IMG/VR virus record: IMGVR_UViG_3300046501_000246
Source: a virus
Reading direction: 5' to 3' (one strand)
Length of the DNA stretch: 64,000 bases
Numbering within the stretch: the first letter of the stretch is position 1; every line of letters starts with the position of its first letter. Shown here one piece after another: positions 1 to 9,712 of the stretch. Below the pieces are notes generated by a model. That model ran no database searches, was not told the origin of the DNA, and saw only the letters and a program-made list of their open reading frames with translations. Position numbers and translations under genes: made by a program.

Positions 1-49
1 TATACTTCATCGGTGAAGGTTATGGCGTTCCTAAATGGGTTAAGCAAGG

Positions 50-259
50 GTGCGGATGGCGATGAGTAAGTGCTGTTTTAATTGTCGGTTCTGGTTCCCG
101 GTTGTCGGGTATGCCCTTGGACATTGCCAGCAATCAGGCCTAAAACTCTGGATCGATGGCAATTATAAAATGGTACGTCGTGATGCTTGCACCAGAGGGA
201 ATGAATCATGCGGAGAATTTGTGAAATCAGCGCTAAAAAGATTTGACACGGATTATTAA
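50..259 (+). CDS. small Cys-rich hypothetical protein
   Basis: 69-aa ORF with CxxC and further Cys; in line with downstream + strand genes. Confidence 0.55.
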   Translation: MRMAMSKCCFNCRFWFPVVGYALGHCQQSGLKLWIDGNYKMVRRDACTRGNESCGEFVKSALKRFDTDY

Positions 260-303
260 TTCGTTTATCTAGGTCAATATTGTAATAAAAAGGAGAAAAT
301 TAC

Positions 304-2295
304 ATGACAGATTTTAGACCATTCGCAAAGGCTATTCGTGCCAATTTCGACACGCTTTCGAAGCAAGAGCTTTACACCGTGAATATTTCAGGTGACGAAC
401 TTTGGGATTTCTATCTCGATTCGTTTCCGGCTGGCACAAACGAAGTGTTTCGTCAGCGCCGCGAGTATGATTGCTCGTGCTGCAAGAATTTCATGCGCAA
501 CATTGCTAACGTTGTTGCTATCGTTGACAATCAGCTTGTCTCAGTTTGGGATGTTGCTGATGTGGGTCATCCGTTCAATGTGGTTTGCGAAGCTCTTTCC
601 GACAAGGTTAAGGGCCTTGGAATCTCTAACGTCTTCCGTACCAAGGAGAATTCTTTTGGTGCCGAGATGACGCGTGATTTTGAATCCAATATCAATTGGA
701 ATCACTTCAACACGAAGATTGCTACAAAGCACATTTGCGCCGAAGTGGCTGAGTTTAAGGGTAAGAAGGCTACGGCGGCTCAGGTCTTCCGTCGGGCGCT
801 GGAAGAGCTTGATAGCGGTGCAGTTGTCACGGTGCAGGATTTGATCAAAGACGATCTTCTGTATCGAGGCACGGAACACAAGGCGGCTGTGGATGCATTC
901 GCCACGGTTCAGCGTGAGTACAACAAGCTCAATTCAGATGAAGCACGTAACATCTTCATTTGGGCCAATATCGATAGCTTTGTTACTGGTTTTCGTAACA
1001 CGGTAATTGGTACGCTGGTGCAGGACTTGACCGAAGGCAAGGATTTGGAAAAGGCAGTTGGCTCTTTCGAGACAAAGATGGCTGGCGACAATTACAAGCG
1101 TTCAAAGACTCTCATCACGCCTAACATGATTAAAGACGCGATGAAGACAATCGAGAAGTTGAACCTTGAAACGGCATTGGAGCGGCGTTTTGCTCGGATC
1201 GGTGACGTTACTGTCAACAATGTACTTTGGGTAGATAACTCAGTTGTAGGTAAGATGAAGGGTGGCATTGAGTCACTACTCATGGAAGCTGCTGTGACAA
1301 AGAAGCCTAATGTTGATAAGGCGGAAAACATCGGTATCGAGGCATTTATGGCTGACGTGGTGCCGCGCGCTAAGTCGATTGACGTTCTGGTTAAGAATGC
1401 TTTTGCCGGTAATTTCATGAGCCTTACCGCTCCGGTTCACGATGATGTTGAGCAACTTTTCAAGTGGAATAACAACTTCGGTTGGAGCTATGACGGAGAA
1501 GTTGCTGACTCTGATATCAAGGCAAAGGTGGCTAAGGCTGGCGGTAACGTAACTAACGCTGCACTGCGTATCAGCTTGGCTTGGCATAACTATGATGACT
1601 TGGATATCCATGTTATTGAACCAGATAAGACTCATATCTACTTCGGCAATCCTAGAGGTAAGCTTGATGTTGATATGAATGCTTTTGGAGCGCGCTCACG
1701 TGAGCCGGTAGAGAACATCAGCTATACCAAATCTAATCTTGTAGATGGTGTCTATATTGTCAAGGTCAATCAATATACCAGACGTGAAAACATTGATTAT
1801 GGTTTCGAACTTGAAGTGGAAAACAATGGTTCGGTTCATAATTTCAGCTATCCGAAGGCTGTTGCTGGAACGATTGGCGCGCTGAAGATCACGGTCAAGA
1901 ATGGTATTGTTGCTGCTATCGTTACCGGCGAAGGTGTTAGTGGTGGTATGATGCCGCAGGATAAATGGGGCATCAAGACTGAAACTTTCGTTCCTGTTAA
2001 CACAATCATTCTCAGCCCTAACTATTGGGATGATAATGCAACAGGTAACAAGCATTGGTTCTTTATTCTGAAGGACTGCTTGAATCCAGAACCGACTCGT
2101 GGTATTTATAACGAATTCCTCAAGTCGGGACTTGAACAGCATCGGAAGGTTTTCGAAGTGCTTGGATCAAAGACTAAGTGCGAGCCTACCGATGATCAGC
2201 TGAGCGGAATTGGTTTCAGTTCCACGAAGCGTACCGAACTACCTGTTTTGGTCAAGACCGCAACGGGCCAGAAACTTTACAACATCAACTTTTAA
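304..2295 (+). CDS. conserved phage protein with YfaP/DUF2135-like domain
   Basis: 663 aa; SD AAGGAG upstream; N-terminal YDCSCC motif; LRISLAWHNYDDLDIHVIEP...LDVDMN resembles the YfaP/DUF2135 signature (recognised by eye). Confidence 0.7.
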   Translation: MTDFRPFAKAIRANFDTLSKQELYTVNISGDELWDFYLDSFPAGTNEVFRQRREYDCSCCKNFMRNIANVVAIVDNQLVSVWDVADVGHPFNVVCEALSDKVKGLGISNVFRTKENSFGAEMTRDFESNINWNHFNTKIATKHICAEVAEFKGKKATAAQVFRRALEELDSGAVVTVQDLIKDDLLYRGTEHKAAVDAFATVQREYNKLNSDEARNIFIWANIDSFVTGFRNTVIGTLVQDLTEGKDLEKAVGSFETKMAGDNYKRSKTLITPNMIKDAMKTIEKLNLETALERRFARIGDVTVNNVLWVDNSVVGKMKGGIESLLMEAAVTKKPNVDKAENIGIEAFMADVVPRAKSIDVLVKNAFAGNFMSLTAPVHDDVEQLFKWNNNFGWSYDGEVADSDIKAKVAKAGGNVTNAALRISLAWHNYDDLDIHVIEPDKTHIYFGNPRGKLDVDMNAFGARSREPVENISYTKSNLVDGVYIVKVNQYTRRENIDYGFELEVENNGSVHNFSYPKAVAGTIGALKITVKNGIVAAIVTGEGVSGGMMPQDKWGIKTETFVPVNTIILSPNYWDDNATGNKHWFFILKDCLNPEPTRGIYNEFLKSGLEQHRKVFEVLGSKTKCEPTDDQLSGIGFSSTKRTELPVLVKTATGQKLYNINF

Positions 2296-2339
2296 CACAC
2301 GTTTTCAACTCAGATTGAAAATCACAAAGGAGAAAACAT

Positions 2340-2747
2340 ATGACTGACATTAACATTTTTGAATTCGCAACACGTGAAAAACTTCGTTTCGAGTCCTCAA
2401 TTGGCTCGCTCACGGTGGAACAGCTTTGGGACCTACCACCTACTTCGATTGGTTCCAAGGCTAACCTGAATACCATTGGTATCCAGTTCGTCAAGGCTCT
2501 GAAGTCTGTCAATGAGGAATCGCTGGTCAATCCGGCTCCTACCGATGCTCAGAAGGTGTTTCAGATTCAGCTTGATATCGTGAAGCACATCATTGCTGTG
2601 AAGCAGGAAGAAGCAGCGATGAAGAAGGAAGAGGATGAGAAGAAGGTCAGGAAGGCTAAGTTGCAGGAAGCCTTGGCTCGCAAGGAAGATTCTGCGCTGG
2701 AAGAGCTTACGCCAGCTGAACTTAAGAAGATGATCGCAGAGCTTTGA
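2340..2747 (+). CDS. conserved phage hypothetical protein (coiled-coil C-terminus)
   Basis: 135 aa; SD AAGGAG; NIFEFATREKLRF...LTVEQLWDLP motif. Confidence 0.75.
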   Translation: MTDINIFEFATREKLRFESSIGSLTVEQLWDLPPTSIGSKANLNTIGIQFVKALKSVNEESLVNPAPTDAQKVFQIQLDIVKHIIAVKQEEAAMKKEEDEKKVRKAKLQEALARKEDSALEELTPAELKKMIAEL

Positions 2748-3163
2748 TTACCAATTCAGAGATAGCGGTTTACATGATTTCCGGGGGCGCTGTAGCCCTC
2801 GGATTTCTTGTTTGTGTGGCTTATGAGATTGACAGGATGAGGAGGGCCGAGTGCCAGACAATTGCGAAAAAACATTCTTCCGATCTAGTATCTCATAGTG
2901 AGGTACTACCGCTTGAGGCGGATAGCACTGGAAGGATTAATATAATGCAAGAAGATAACTCACTGGTTTACGACAACGTTTGGGAATCATTATTCGGTCG
3001 AGGTTCGGAGAAGGCCAAAGATTGGAAAGACTTGTCGCAGTTAGTAATGAAGTACGATCAGGAGGTACAACTATTCTTCGGAACACCAGAAGAATTGAGA
3101 TACCTGAAAGAACTGAAATTGCAAGAGTTAGAGCGCCAAGGCGTTGAAGTTATCAGAGATTGA
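2744..3163 (+). CDS. hypothetical membrane-anchored protein
   Basis: 139 aa; overlaps previous stop; N-terminal hydrophobic helix. Confidence 0.6.
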   Translation: MITNSEIAVYMISGGAVALGFLVCVAYEIDRMRRAECQTIAKKHSSDLVSHSEVLPLEADSTGRINIMQEDNSLVYDNVWESLFGRGSEKAKDWKDLSQLVMKYDQEVQLFFGTPEELRYLKELKLQELERQGVEVIRD

Positions 3164-3319
3164 ATCAAAAAGACCTTCAGGATTTGGTTTCTGAAGGTCT
3201 TTTCTTTTGTAAAGCTTTTTAGATTTGATGATCTTGCGCCTGAATTGGTTAAGTTCCAATTCTCTCGCCATCGGGTTGCGTCGAGGCGGGGCTTTCTGCT
3301 GCTGCTGCGGCTTGCTCAC
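3128..3319 (-). CDS. small basic phage protein
   Basis: RRNPMARELELNQFRRKIIKSKKLYKRK resembles a recurring RNP-x-A...KK-Y-RK small phage protein type; overlaps the TerL 3' end. Confidence 0.5.
   Translation of the reverse strand: MSKPQQQQKAPPRRNPMARELELNQFRRKIIKSKKLYKRKDLQKPNPEGLFDSISDNFNALAL
3167..3208. terminator. bidirectional intrinsic terminator
   Basis: AAAAGACCTTCAG-gatttggttt-CTGAAGGTCTTTT hairpin with A-tract left and T-tract right, at a convergence of gene blocks. Confidence 0.8.
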
Positions 3320-5015
3320 GTTTTTCCCTTTCTATACGTTTGCGTTCCATTTCTTCTTGGATTGCTTTCTCTACCATAGTTCTTTTAGCATCGCTAGAGG
3401 GTGTAGAGCCGGAACCGTGAAGTTTTTTAGTTCCTAATTTTCTCTGTCTTCCTCTGGCCCATTCTAAATATTGGCTGGTGCTATCGACCATATCGTCATT
3501 CTTGCCATACGGGAATGCCATTAGCTCGCGCTCGTATTCGGCTAGCCAATTGGCGGATTCCGGTAGGTAAACCAAACCGGCTTCGATGGTAGGGGCTACG
3601 GCATCAAATCTAAATTCTTTAGAATTATTATTTGTGCTGATAGCAATGATCGGAACTGATGTTTTGCCTTGGCGTGTTTGGATATACTGAGTGCCAGAGC
3701 CTTTATCTTCGATCAGAATGCATGACACGTTCCAGCGCTGCGCCGTCTCATCAATGAGTTTGCACATTTCTGGAAATTCAACTTTATCTCTAACGCAATC
3801 TAAGAGATAATGCAAGCCAAATTCAGTCTCTAACCAAACTGTACAAACTGTGTAGTCGTGACGCTCTTGCGCTTTCTGCGCCGTATCGACAGACATAACA
3901 ATTCTGCGGATTTTAATCTCAGGGTTTTTCCTTACATCGCCTTTATAGCGATTGAACCAAGATGACTTTAAGAGAACGCCTTCAGCATCTACGGGTACGC
4001 CCTGCATCATTGAGCCCCACATGGCTCCTGTGAGCGTTGCTCTCTTATTTAGGTAATCCTGATGGTAAAAGTCCCAAAGAGGCATGTCGGGCTCTGTGCG
4101 GCCCATAGGATCGTCTTCATCACCTAACTCAGATAGAGCTTTGAGGTTGATGATTTCATAAGGGATAATATTTCCTTTTTTACCTTCAGTCTCAAGTCTG
4201 CCGATCATGTCATCAGAATTATATCGAGTGTTGACCAGAACGATAGGAGCGCGGGGCAAGAGTCGGGTCTGAAAGTCAGATAGGAACCATGAATAGGCGT
4301 CATCTCTGACTTTAGGATTCTGAGCTTCTAAGTAGCTTGCATACAAGTCATCGATGCAGCCAATGTTCGCTCTGATACCCATGATACCAGCGCCAACGCC
4401 TTTAGCGACATATTCAGATTTGTTCGTCAGCGCCCATCTGTCACCGGCTCGCATGTCGGCTTGAAGTGCTACATCTCCGAACACGTCTTTGAATGCGTCA
4501 CCATTGACATAGGCTTTGGTTTTCTTGCCAAGTTCGTTTGTAGCGAACGCGGCGGCATAGCTGGCCTGAAGCCATTTAGTCTTTCTTCGACCCATGCACC
4601 ATACAGCAAAGCGACGGGAAGAGTATTCGCTCTTACCGCCGCCAGCCGGGACGCTTAACGCTAGGCGAGGAATGTCGCCACATTCTACAAGCTGAAGTTT
4701 CTCACACATGAAATGGTGGTGAGGCGCGGGTGGCTCATCCATGTTGAGATATTCAGCGAAGCATGAATAACTATCAAATGCTGAACTTCTAAGCTTTTCC
4801 TTGTATTCGTTCTCGTAGTGTTCTAAATATTGTTGAACAGCTGCAAATTGATTTTCAGGATTAGCTGTCTTCGTCAGGCTCACGATTGCTGATGACAAGT
4901 GTGTCGAGATCGGGGATTTCAATCGCAAATGGTCTTGAAGAGCCTCCTCCATCTTGCGAAGATTCGTTATTGATGACCTGTATATTAATCGGTCGTTCCA
5001 TGTTAAGTTTATCAT
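3249..5015 (-). CDS. terL: terminase large subunit (Terminase_6/6C-type)
   Basis: Walker A SVPAGGGKS, Walker B IGCIDD, NTRY coupling motif, RNase H-like nuclease (SVDTA...HDYTV, LIEDKGSG, NDDMVDSTSQ); real start probably TTG 4898 or GTG 4883, not 5015. Confidence 0.93.
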   Translation of the reverse strand: MINLTWNDRLIYRSSITNLRKMEEALQDHLRLKSPISTHLSSAIVSLTKTANPENQFAAVQQYLEHYENEYKEKLRSSAFDSYSCFAEYLNMDEPPAPHHHFMCEKLQLVECGDIPRLALSVPAGGGKSEYSSRRFAVWCMGRRKTKWLQASYAAAFATNELGKKTKAYVNGDAFKDVFGDVALQADMRAGDRWALTNKSEYVAKGVGAGIMGIRANIGCIDDLYASYLEAQNPKVRDDAYSWFLSDFQTRLLPRAPIVLVNTRYNSDDMIGRLETEGKKGNIIPYEIINLKALSELGDEDDPMGRTEPDMPLWDFYHQDYLNKRATLTGAMWGSMMQGVPVDAEGVLLKSSWFNRYKGDVRKNPEIKIRRIVMSVDTAQKAQERHDYTVCTVWLETEFGLHYLLDCVRDKVEFPEMCKLIDETAQRWNVSCILIEDKGSGTQYIQTRQGKTSVPIIAISTNNNSKEFRFDAVAPTIEAGLVYLPESANWLAEYERELMAFPYGKNDDMVDSTSQYLEWARGRQRKLGTKKLHGSGSTPSSDAKRTMVEKAIQEEMERKRIEREKREQAAAAAESPASTQPDGERIGT

Positions 5016-5430
5016 TTGAAAGCAGCATCTTATTGTTATTATTATTTTGCGGCGGTTCGCGGCTGACTCTATTGAGTTCTGCCATGTCCTTGAGAATTAT
5101 TGCTCCATTCTTCAAGTCATCTAATGAGATGGCTTTATTTAATAGTTTAACATACTCTCGATTGATCCAATCTAGATCAATTTCTTCGTGGTCTACTTTA
5201 CGTAGCGGTAGGGGTGGAGCGACTGAAAGCATATCTTTTTCAGCTGCTTTAAGTTTTAATTCTTCAATTCTTGCTGCGACTTCGGGGGTGCTGGCTAGTT
5301 TTGATGCATTAGCGGCAGCTGTAGTGTTCTTGCAAGTAAAACCTGCTTCTTTATATGCCGCTATTTGAGTATAACCGTTTGCAACGTAGTTAGCAAACTT
5401 CTCTCGTCTTTCTGAGGATAGTCTAGCCAT
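4861..5430 (-). CDS. terS: terminase small subunit
   Basis: N-terminal HTH (REKFANYVANG...AAYKEAGF...ANASKL...EVAARIEEL) directly upstream of and overlapping terL. Confidence 0.8.
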   Translation of the reverse strand: MARLSSERREKFANYVANGYTQIAAYKEAGFTCKNTTAAANASKLASTPEVAARIEELKLKAAEKDMLSVAPPLPLRKVDHEEIDLDWINREYVKLLNKAISLDDLKNGAIILKDMAELNRVSREPPQNNNNNKMLLSNDKLNMERPINIQVINNESSQDGGGSSRPFAIEIPDLDTLVISNREPDEDS

Positions 5431-5752
5431 TTGTTATATACTTAACCAGATCGTTTGTTACTAAGTAGCTGCTGTAGATATTCATGCAATCTAGGAGGCA
5501 GCGGTATAGTTCTACTACTTTAAATGTTTGATCATCCAAATTCTTGATCAGTTCTGGATGTCTTACATGGTATGAAACTAGTAATTGATGAGCTTCGTTG
5601 TGTTCATTCCAAGCTACTGCGGCATCAGCTACCATTTCTTTCAATTTAGCATGATGCTCTTTAGGAAATACTGTAACATCGTAAATATACATTATTCTGA
5701 TAACTCGCCTACTAGAGTGAAGGGCTTTTCGATCCTGTAACCCATGGCGCAC
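5423..5752 (-). CDS. hypothetical protein
   Basis: in operon between the resolvase and terS; start likely at MYIYDV. Confidence 0.55.
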   Translation of the reverse strand: MRHGLQDRKALHSSRRVIRIMYIYDVTVFPKEHHAKLKEMVADAAVAWNEHNEAHQLLVSYHVRHPELIKNLDDQTFKVVELYRCLLDCMNIYSSYLVTNDLVKYITNG

Positions 5753-6216
5753 ATGCCATAGAGAGCGATCAAACAGGCTTCGGCTCTGCCATCATCCATT
5801 TTACGCTTCCAAGCCGTGGCGCATTTTGGAAAATACTGTGAGGCTCGATAGCGTGCCGCGTCTTTGTCAGCCGGTATTTTAAGATTGGCTTTCCAAACGG
5901 CGGGGCGGACCTGAGAGACAGGAATTTGTAATCCGCCGCATGCGCCTAGGATAGTACCAAATGCTCTACCAAAGGTAAAAGATGAGACTACACCTTCACC
6001 GGGACGAGCATTTACTTCTTCAATGTAAAGATGTATGACGCGTTCATCAGCTAGAATATTACCAATACCGACGTGATCCATAATCGTTTTAGACTTAGCT
6101 CCCGGCTTGATCGTAAACGTCGGCATGTCAAAAATCTCAAGAGTGTGTTCGATAGGATCAAGCTTAGCGAATGCACCTTTTGCGCCGGGATCAGCGCCTA
6201 CAATTATTCCTGCCAT
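5692..6216 (-). CDS. RuvC-like Holliday junction resolvase
   Basis: IVGADPGAKGAFA, LYIEEV...GVVSSFTFG, V.PAVWK, DDGRAEACLIA: phage RuvC-type RNase H fold motifs. Confidence 0.88.
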   Translation of the reverse strand: MAGIIVGADPGAKGAFAKLDPIEHTLEIFDMPTFTIKPGAKSKTIMDHVGIGNILADERVIHLYIEEVNARPGEGVVSSFTFGRAFGTILGACGGLQIPVSQVRPAVWKANLKIPADKDAARYRASQYFPKCATAWKRKMDDGRAEACLIALYGMCAMGYRIEKPFTLVGELSE

Positions 6217-6908
6217 ATCTCGTCAACTTCTTTCTGACCACGCAATTGAGCTTCAATGGCGTCTTCAATATTCTTCTCATAACTGTAATGAGTGAATTTA
6301 TCTTTTAATCTTACTTTAACCATGTACAAGTTACGTGGTTTGTGATAGTAGACGCCTAGAACAGGAGTCTCTTTAACATCATCTTTACTATTTGTTTCAG
6401 CTGCGGCTTGCGTAGCGCTGGCATAAAGATTATATTGTTTGAGTTGGTCTCTGGCCCACTTCTCAGCGGAGAGCTTTTTCTTGAAGCTACTGCCGCGATA
6501 GAAATAGGGGTGATGCCATACCTTGACTTGGTAGACGCCATCGGTATAAGGCTTGATCAGATAATTACCGAGTTGTGGCTGTAATGAAGACTTGAGGACT
6601 AGATTGTCCTTGTGCGTGTTCATTAGGTTTCCATCTACGGCAGCTATAGGTTCTTTAGGCCAATCACCATAAATCAACAGCCAAGCAATATTCTGAACTT
6701 CCATAAGTTCTTTTTGGAATTGGCAAACGTATCTGCTGTTGTAATGCATGTTGACACGCTTCGTCACCCTCCATGAATCTCGGAAGAGGCGATAGACGCG
6801 GCCAGTATCTTCATCATACTTAAACTTTTGCTTAAGTAGCTTTTTATCAACCTTCGGATAAAGGTTTAGATACTGATCGACTTCTCTTTTTATTTTCTTT
6901 GCTGCCAT
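6204..6908 (-). CDS. HNH/AP2-like protein with degenerate HNH motif
   Basis: AWLLIYGDWP...IAAVDGNLMNTHKDNL is HNH_3-like without the usual DH histidine; two AP2-like segments (VYQVKV, GVYYHKPRNLYMVKV). Confidence 0.6.
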   Translation of the reverse strand: MAAKKIKREVDQYLNLYPKVDKKLLKQKFKYDEDTGRVYRLFRDSWRVTKRVNMHYNSRYVCQFQKELMEVQNIAWLLIYGDWPKEPIAAVDGNLMNTHKDNLVLKSSLQPQLGNYLIKPYTDGVYQVKVWHHPYFYRGSSFKKKLSAEKWARDQLKQYNLYASATQAAAETNSKDDVKETPVLGVYYHKPRNLYMVKVRLKDKFTHYSYEKNIEDAIEAQLRGQKEVDEIWQE

Positions 6909-9369
6909 TGGCTAAAATTAATTTTTCTAAATATTCAACTTTTAGGAAAAGAGTTTCGACACACTGCTTGAGTGTATCGAGATTGTTTCTATCGATGCGA
7001 ATTTTATTTTCTAAATTTTCAATTTCTTCGTCGTAGTTCATTTAGGCCAATCCACATGGGATTCTTTGAAGGAATAATTGCCATCATCATAAACGGGACC
7101 ATCCGTGGTGCGGACCAAGCAATAAGCAGGGTCGCTATCCAAATGATCTTCCCAATATGAAATGGCTTCGTGTTTAACCGTGAATGCACCATAAGTTATG
7201 AGGCCATGTTCACGACGGCGAATCATATAAATATAAGACGACCTAGCCATCAGTTGTAGTTCCTATAGCCATTGGTGTAAGGCTCGAAAAGGTCATCGAT
7301 CTTGTTTAGTAGTTCGTCGGTCCACACATCACTGGTTGGCACTAAAGCCATTTGATTCTCAGCAATGGTCCACTCAAAACGCTGAGCCCCGATAGCCTGA
7401 TCAACCAATTCCATGACGCCGTTAATAATTTTATCTCTATCTTCATAATGCAAAAGTTTGGAGTATAGTTTTTCTTTATCTCGATAATGCTCGTTTAATA
7501 TCTTAGCACGTTCAGTCTTTTGTTCATCTTCTAATTCACTAATTCTTTTATTAGCTTTCACTACGTCACTATTTAATTCATTTATTATTTTGTAAAGCTG
7601 ATCGTTTTCACTTCTTAATGCAAAGTTTACACTATTTAGTTGTTCTATTTCCCTAATTAATTCGTTTTGATACTTCAATACGTCTCGTTTTTCGTTCTCA
7701 CTTAGCCAGTTCATACTTTCTACTTCCTACTTTGCCGATCCAATTATCTCGGAAACACTAATGGTCTCAACGAGTTAAGGAGTTTGGATCAGGATTATTG
7801 CCGATGTTACTTGCCGATCTTTTATACTTCATAAAATTCCGTAAAATAATTCATCATTTCGCGTTCACGTTCTTTACTTTTTAGGTTAAGCCATGCCATA
7901 ATTCTTAGTTCGAGATTTGATAGGTCTAAGTTTAAAATTTCTATTTCGCTAGTTAATCTTTTTCTTGGGTATAGTTCTTGCATTTCTGGTTCTAAGTTCG
8001 TAATTCGGCCAGTTATAGTTCCAATTTCTTCGTTCATACTTCTAATCCCTGATCCACACCGACTGTTCGGAGACCGCCGCATCACTTAGATGGACGAGAT
8101 TTTTAAGTGCATACTTCATAATTTAAAGGCCATGATATCATAGCTTTTTTCATTTGTCAAGTTTTTTATTGATTTCGTCCAAAATATGTGCGTGGTGTTC
8201 TACTTCAGCCTTGATTATTTGGATTTGGCTTGCCAGAGAGCATACCAAGGCCCAAGTGGCGAAAAGAAAAATCATTGAAAGGTATTTAAACATTTTAATC
8301 CTTAGATTTTGATATGTATGGATCGCAGATATAATCTAGATCGACGCCGATGGTTTTGTTATTATCTCTGGCGTAACCTTCAGCGAAATCCAAGCACTCT
8401 GTCATGGTTTCGAATTGAGACAGGGAAGCGGAGTGGTGAGGATCGATCTGACCATTAACGAGCCAAATGAGGGTGAGATAAACTATCACTGAAAATCTCC
8501 TTTCTGTATTCAGGAATACCATCAGTACATCCGGTGAGGATCAATGCAGCGCTGGTAAGTAAAACAACAATCTTCAATTCAAAATCCTCCACTAAATTCC
8601 CATTCGGCACGCTTATAAGCCGCTACCATAAACAGATTAACCAATCTGCAAGCCTCTGCAAATTTGTCCTGATCACTGCCACACACTTTGATCAGTAAAG
8701 TTGTTACGGCGGGACAATTAGGAATAGACGCTTCAGGGTCTTGCACTGAGAAGAAAAGAGACTCCACTCTTGGGTCACATTCTAATTCGCTCACTTAAAC
8801 CTCCTAAAGCGTTATAGCCTTCGTTTTCCATTCCGTGATATCGTCTTCTAATTTACTTACTTCGTGGCGAAGGTCAAGCAGTTTCTTTTCCTTACGTAGA
8901 ACCACGCCAGCCAGATATCGCTTGGCTTCGGTAATAGTAGATAAGGTGCATTCCTCCATCACGGTATGGAGACTTACTGGAGTCTTCAGTAGATTATCAA
9001 AGCCTAAAATAGTAACTTTGATCACACCTCTGCCACCCTGATCTATGGACGAAGCAATATTCACGATCTTACCGTAAATATCCCATCCACCCATGTAGCG
9101 CTCCGCGACCCAATGGACATAAACACCTTCGACAATTTCTTCCTGCGTCATAGTCATTTATCTTTTCCCTCTTTAAATTCTTCCATGGACTTCACAACCT
9201 GCGTCATGGCATGGTGCCAACCAATTCCGATACCTTGTTTGAACACCCTTTCGCCCGCGACCAACATGGCATAAAGGCTCTCAGCCGTCACCTCTGTCAT
9301 AACGCCATGAACCGCTTCTCGGATCACCATGTCTTGCCAAGGCTCTTTCCTCTTATGCTTGCCGTTCAT
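6847..9369 (-). other. run of small hypothetical genes upstream of the packaging genes
   Basis: contiguous ORFs 6847-7041, 7038-7250, 7250-7714 (coiled coil), 7822-8085 (start likely MNEEIG), 8295-8522, 8579-8794, 8804-9157, 9154-9369. Confidence 0.65.
8132..8160 (-). promoter_or_regulatory. sigma70-type promoter
   Basis: TTGACA-N17-TATCAT on the minus strand. Confidence 0.65.
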
Positions 9370-9414
9370 GGCACGTGCCTCCTTAAGTGATTCTGATTTT
9401 TCTAAGTTGGCCGA

Positions 9415-9443
9415 GTTATACCAGATGTCATAAAATAATGCAA
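9415..9443 (-). promoter_or_regulatory. sigma70-type promoter driving the leftward block
   Basis: TTGCAT-N17-TATAAC on the minus strand, upstream of the SD for ORF 9369. Confidence 0.65.
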
Positions 9444-9464
9444 GCCGTTTGTAACCCCCTACGG

Positions 9465-9588
9465 GGGAGAAATTAGGCTGGTGGATTTTAGGCTGGCAGA
9501 CATTAGATATTGGTTGATGTTAAATGTCCTTGACATCAAAGTTCTCGATGGGAGAAATTAGGCTGGTGGATTTTAGATATTGGTTGAT
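9465..9588 (+). repeat. nested direct repeats
   Basis: 27-bp GGGAGAAATTAGGCTGGTGGATTTTAG at 9465-9491 and 9550-9576; 16-bp TTAGATATTGGTTGAT at 9503-9518 and 9573-9588; TTAGGCTGG three times. Confidence 0.9.
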
Positions 9589-9712
9589 AGGCCTTTTGAT
9601 ACTGCTGACGTGACGCGGTTTCTGGCTCGCTCGGTTTTTGGGGACAGACGTATCGAAACCCCTGTTCCGTAAATAGAATTCAGATTTAATATTTTCAAAA
9701 AAGCTTAAAAAT

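Noticed and set aside
4899-5015. N-terminal extension of TerL as given in the ORF track
   Set aside because: It lies wholly inside terS in another frame; TTG 4898 or GTG 4883 near the terS stop are more plausible starts.
9465-9588. CRISPR array
   Set aside because: Only two full copies, no regular unique spacers, and no cas genes in the window.
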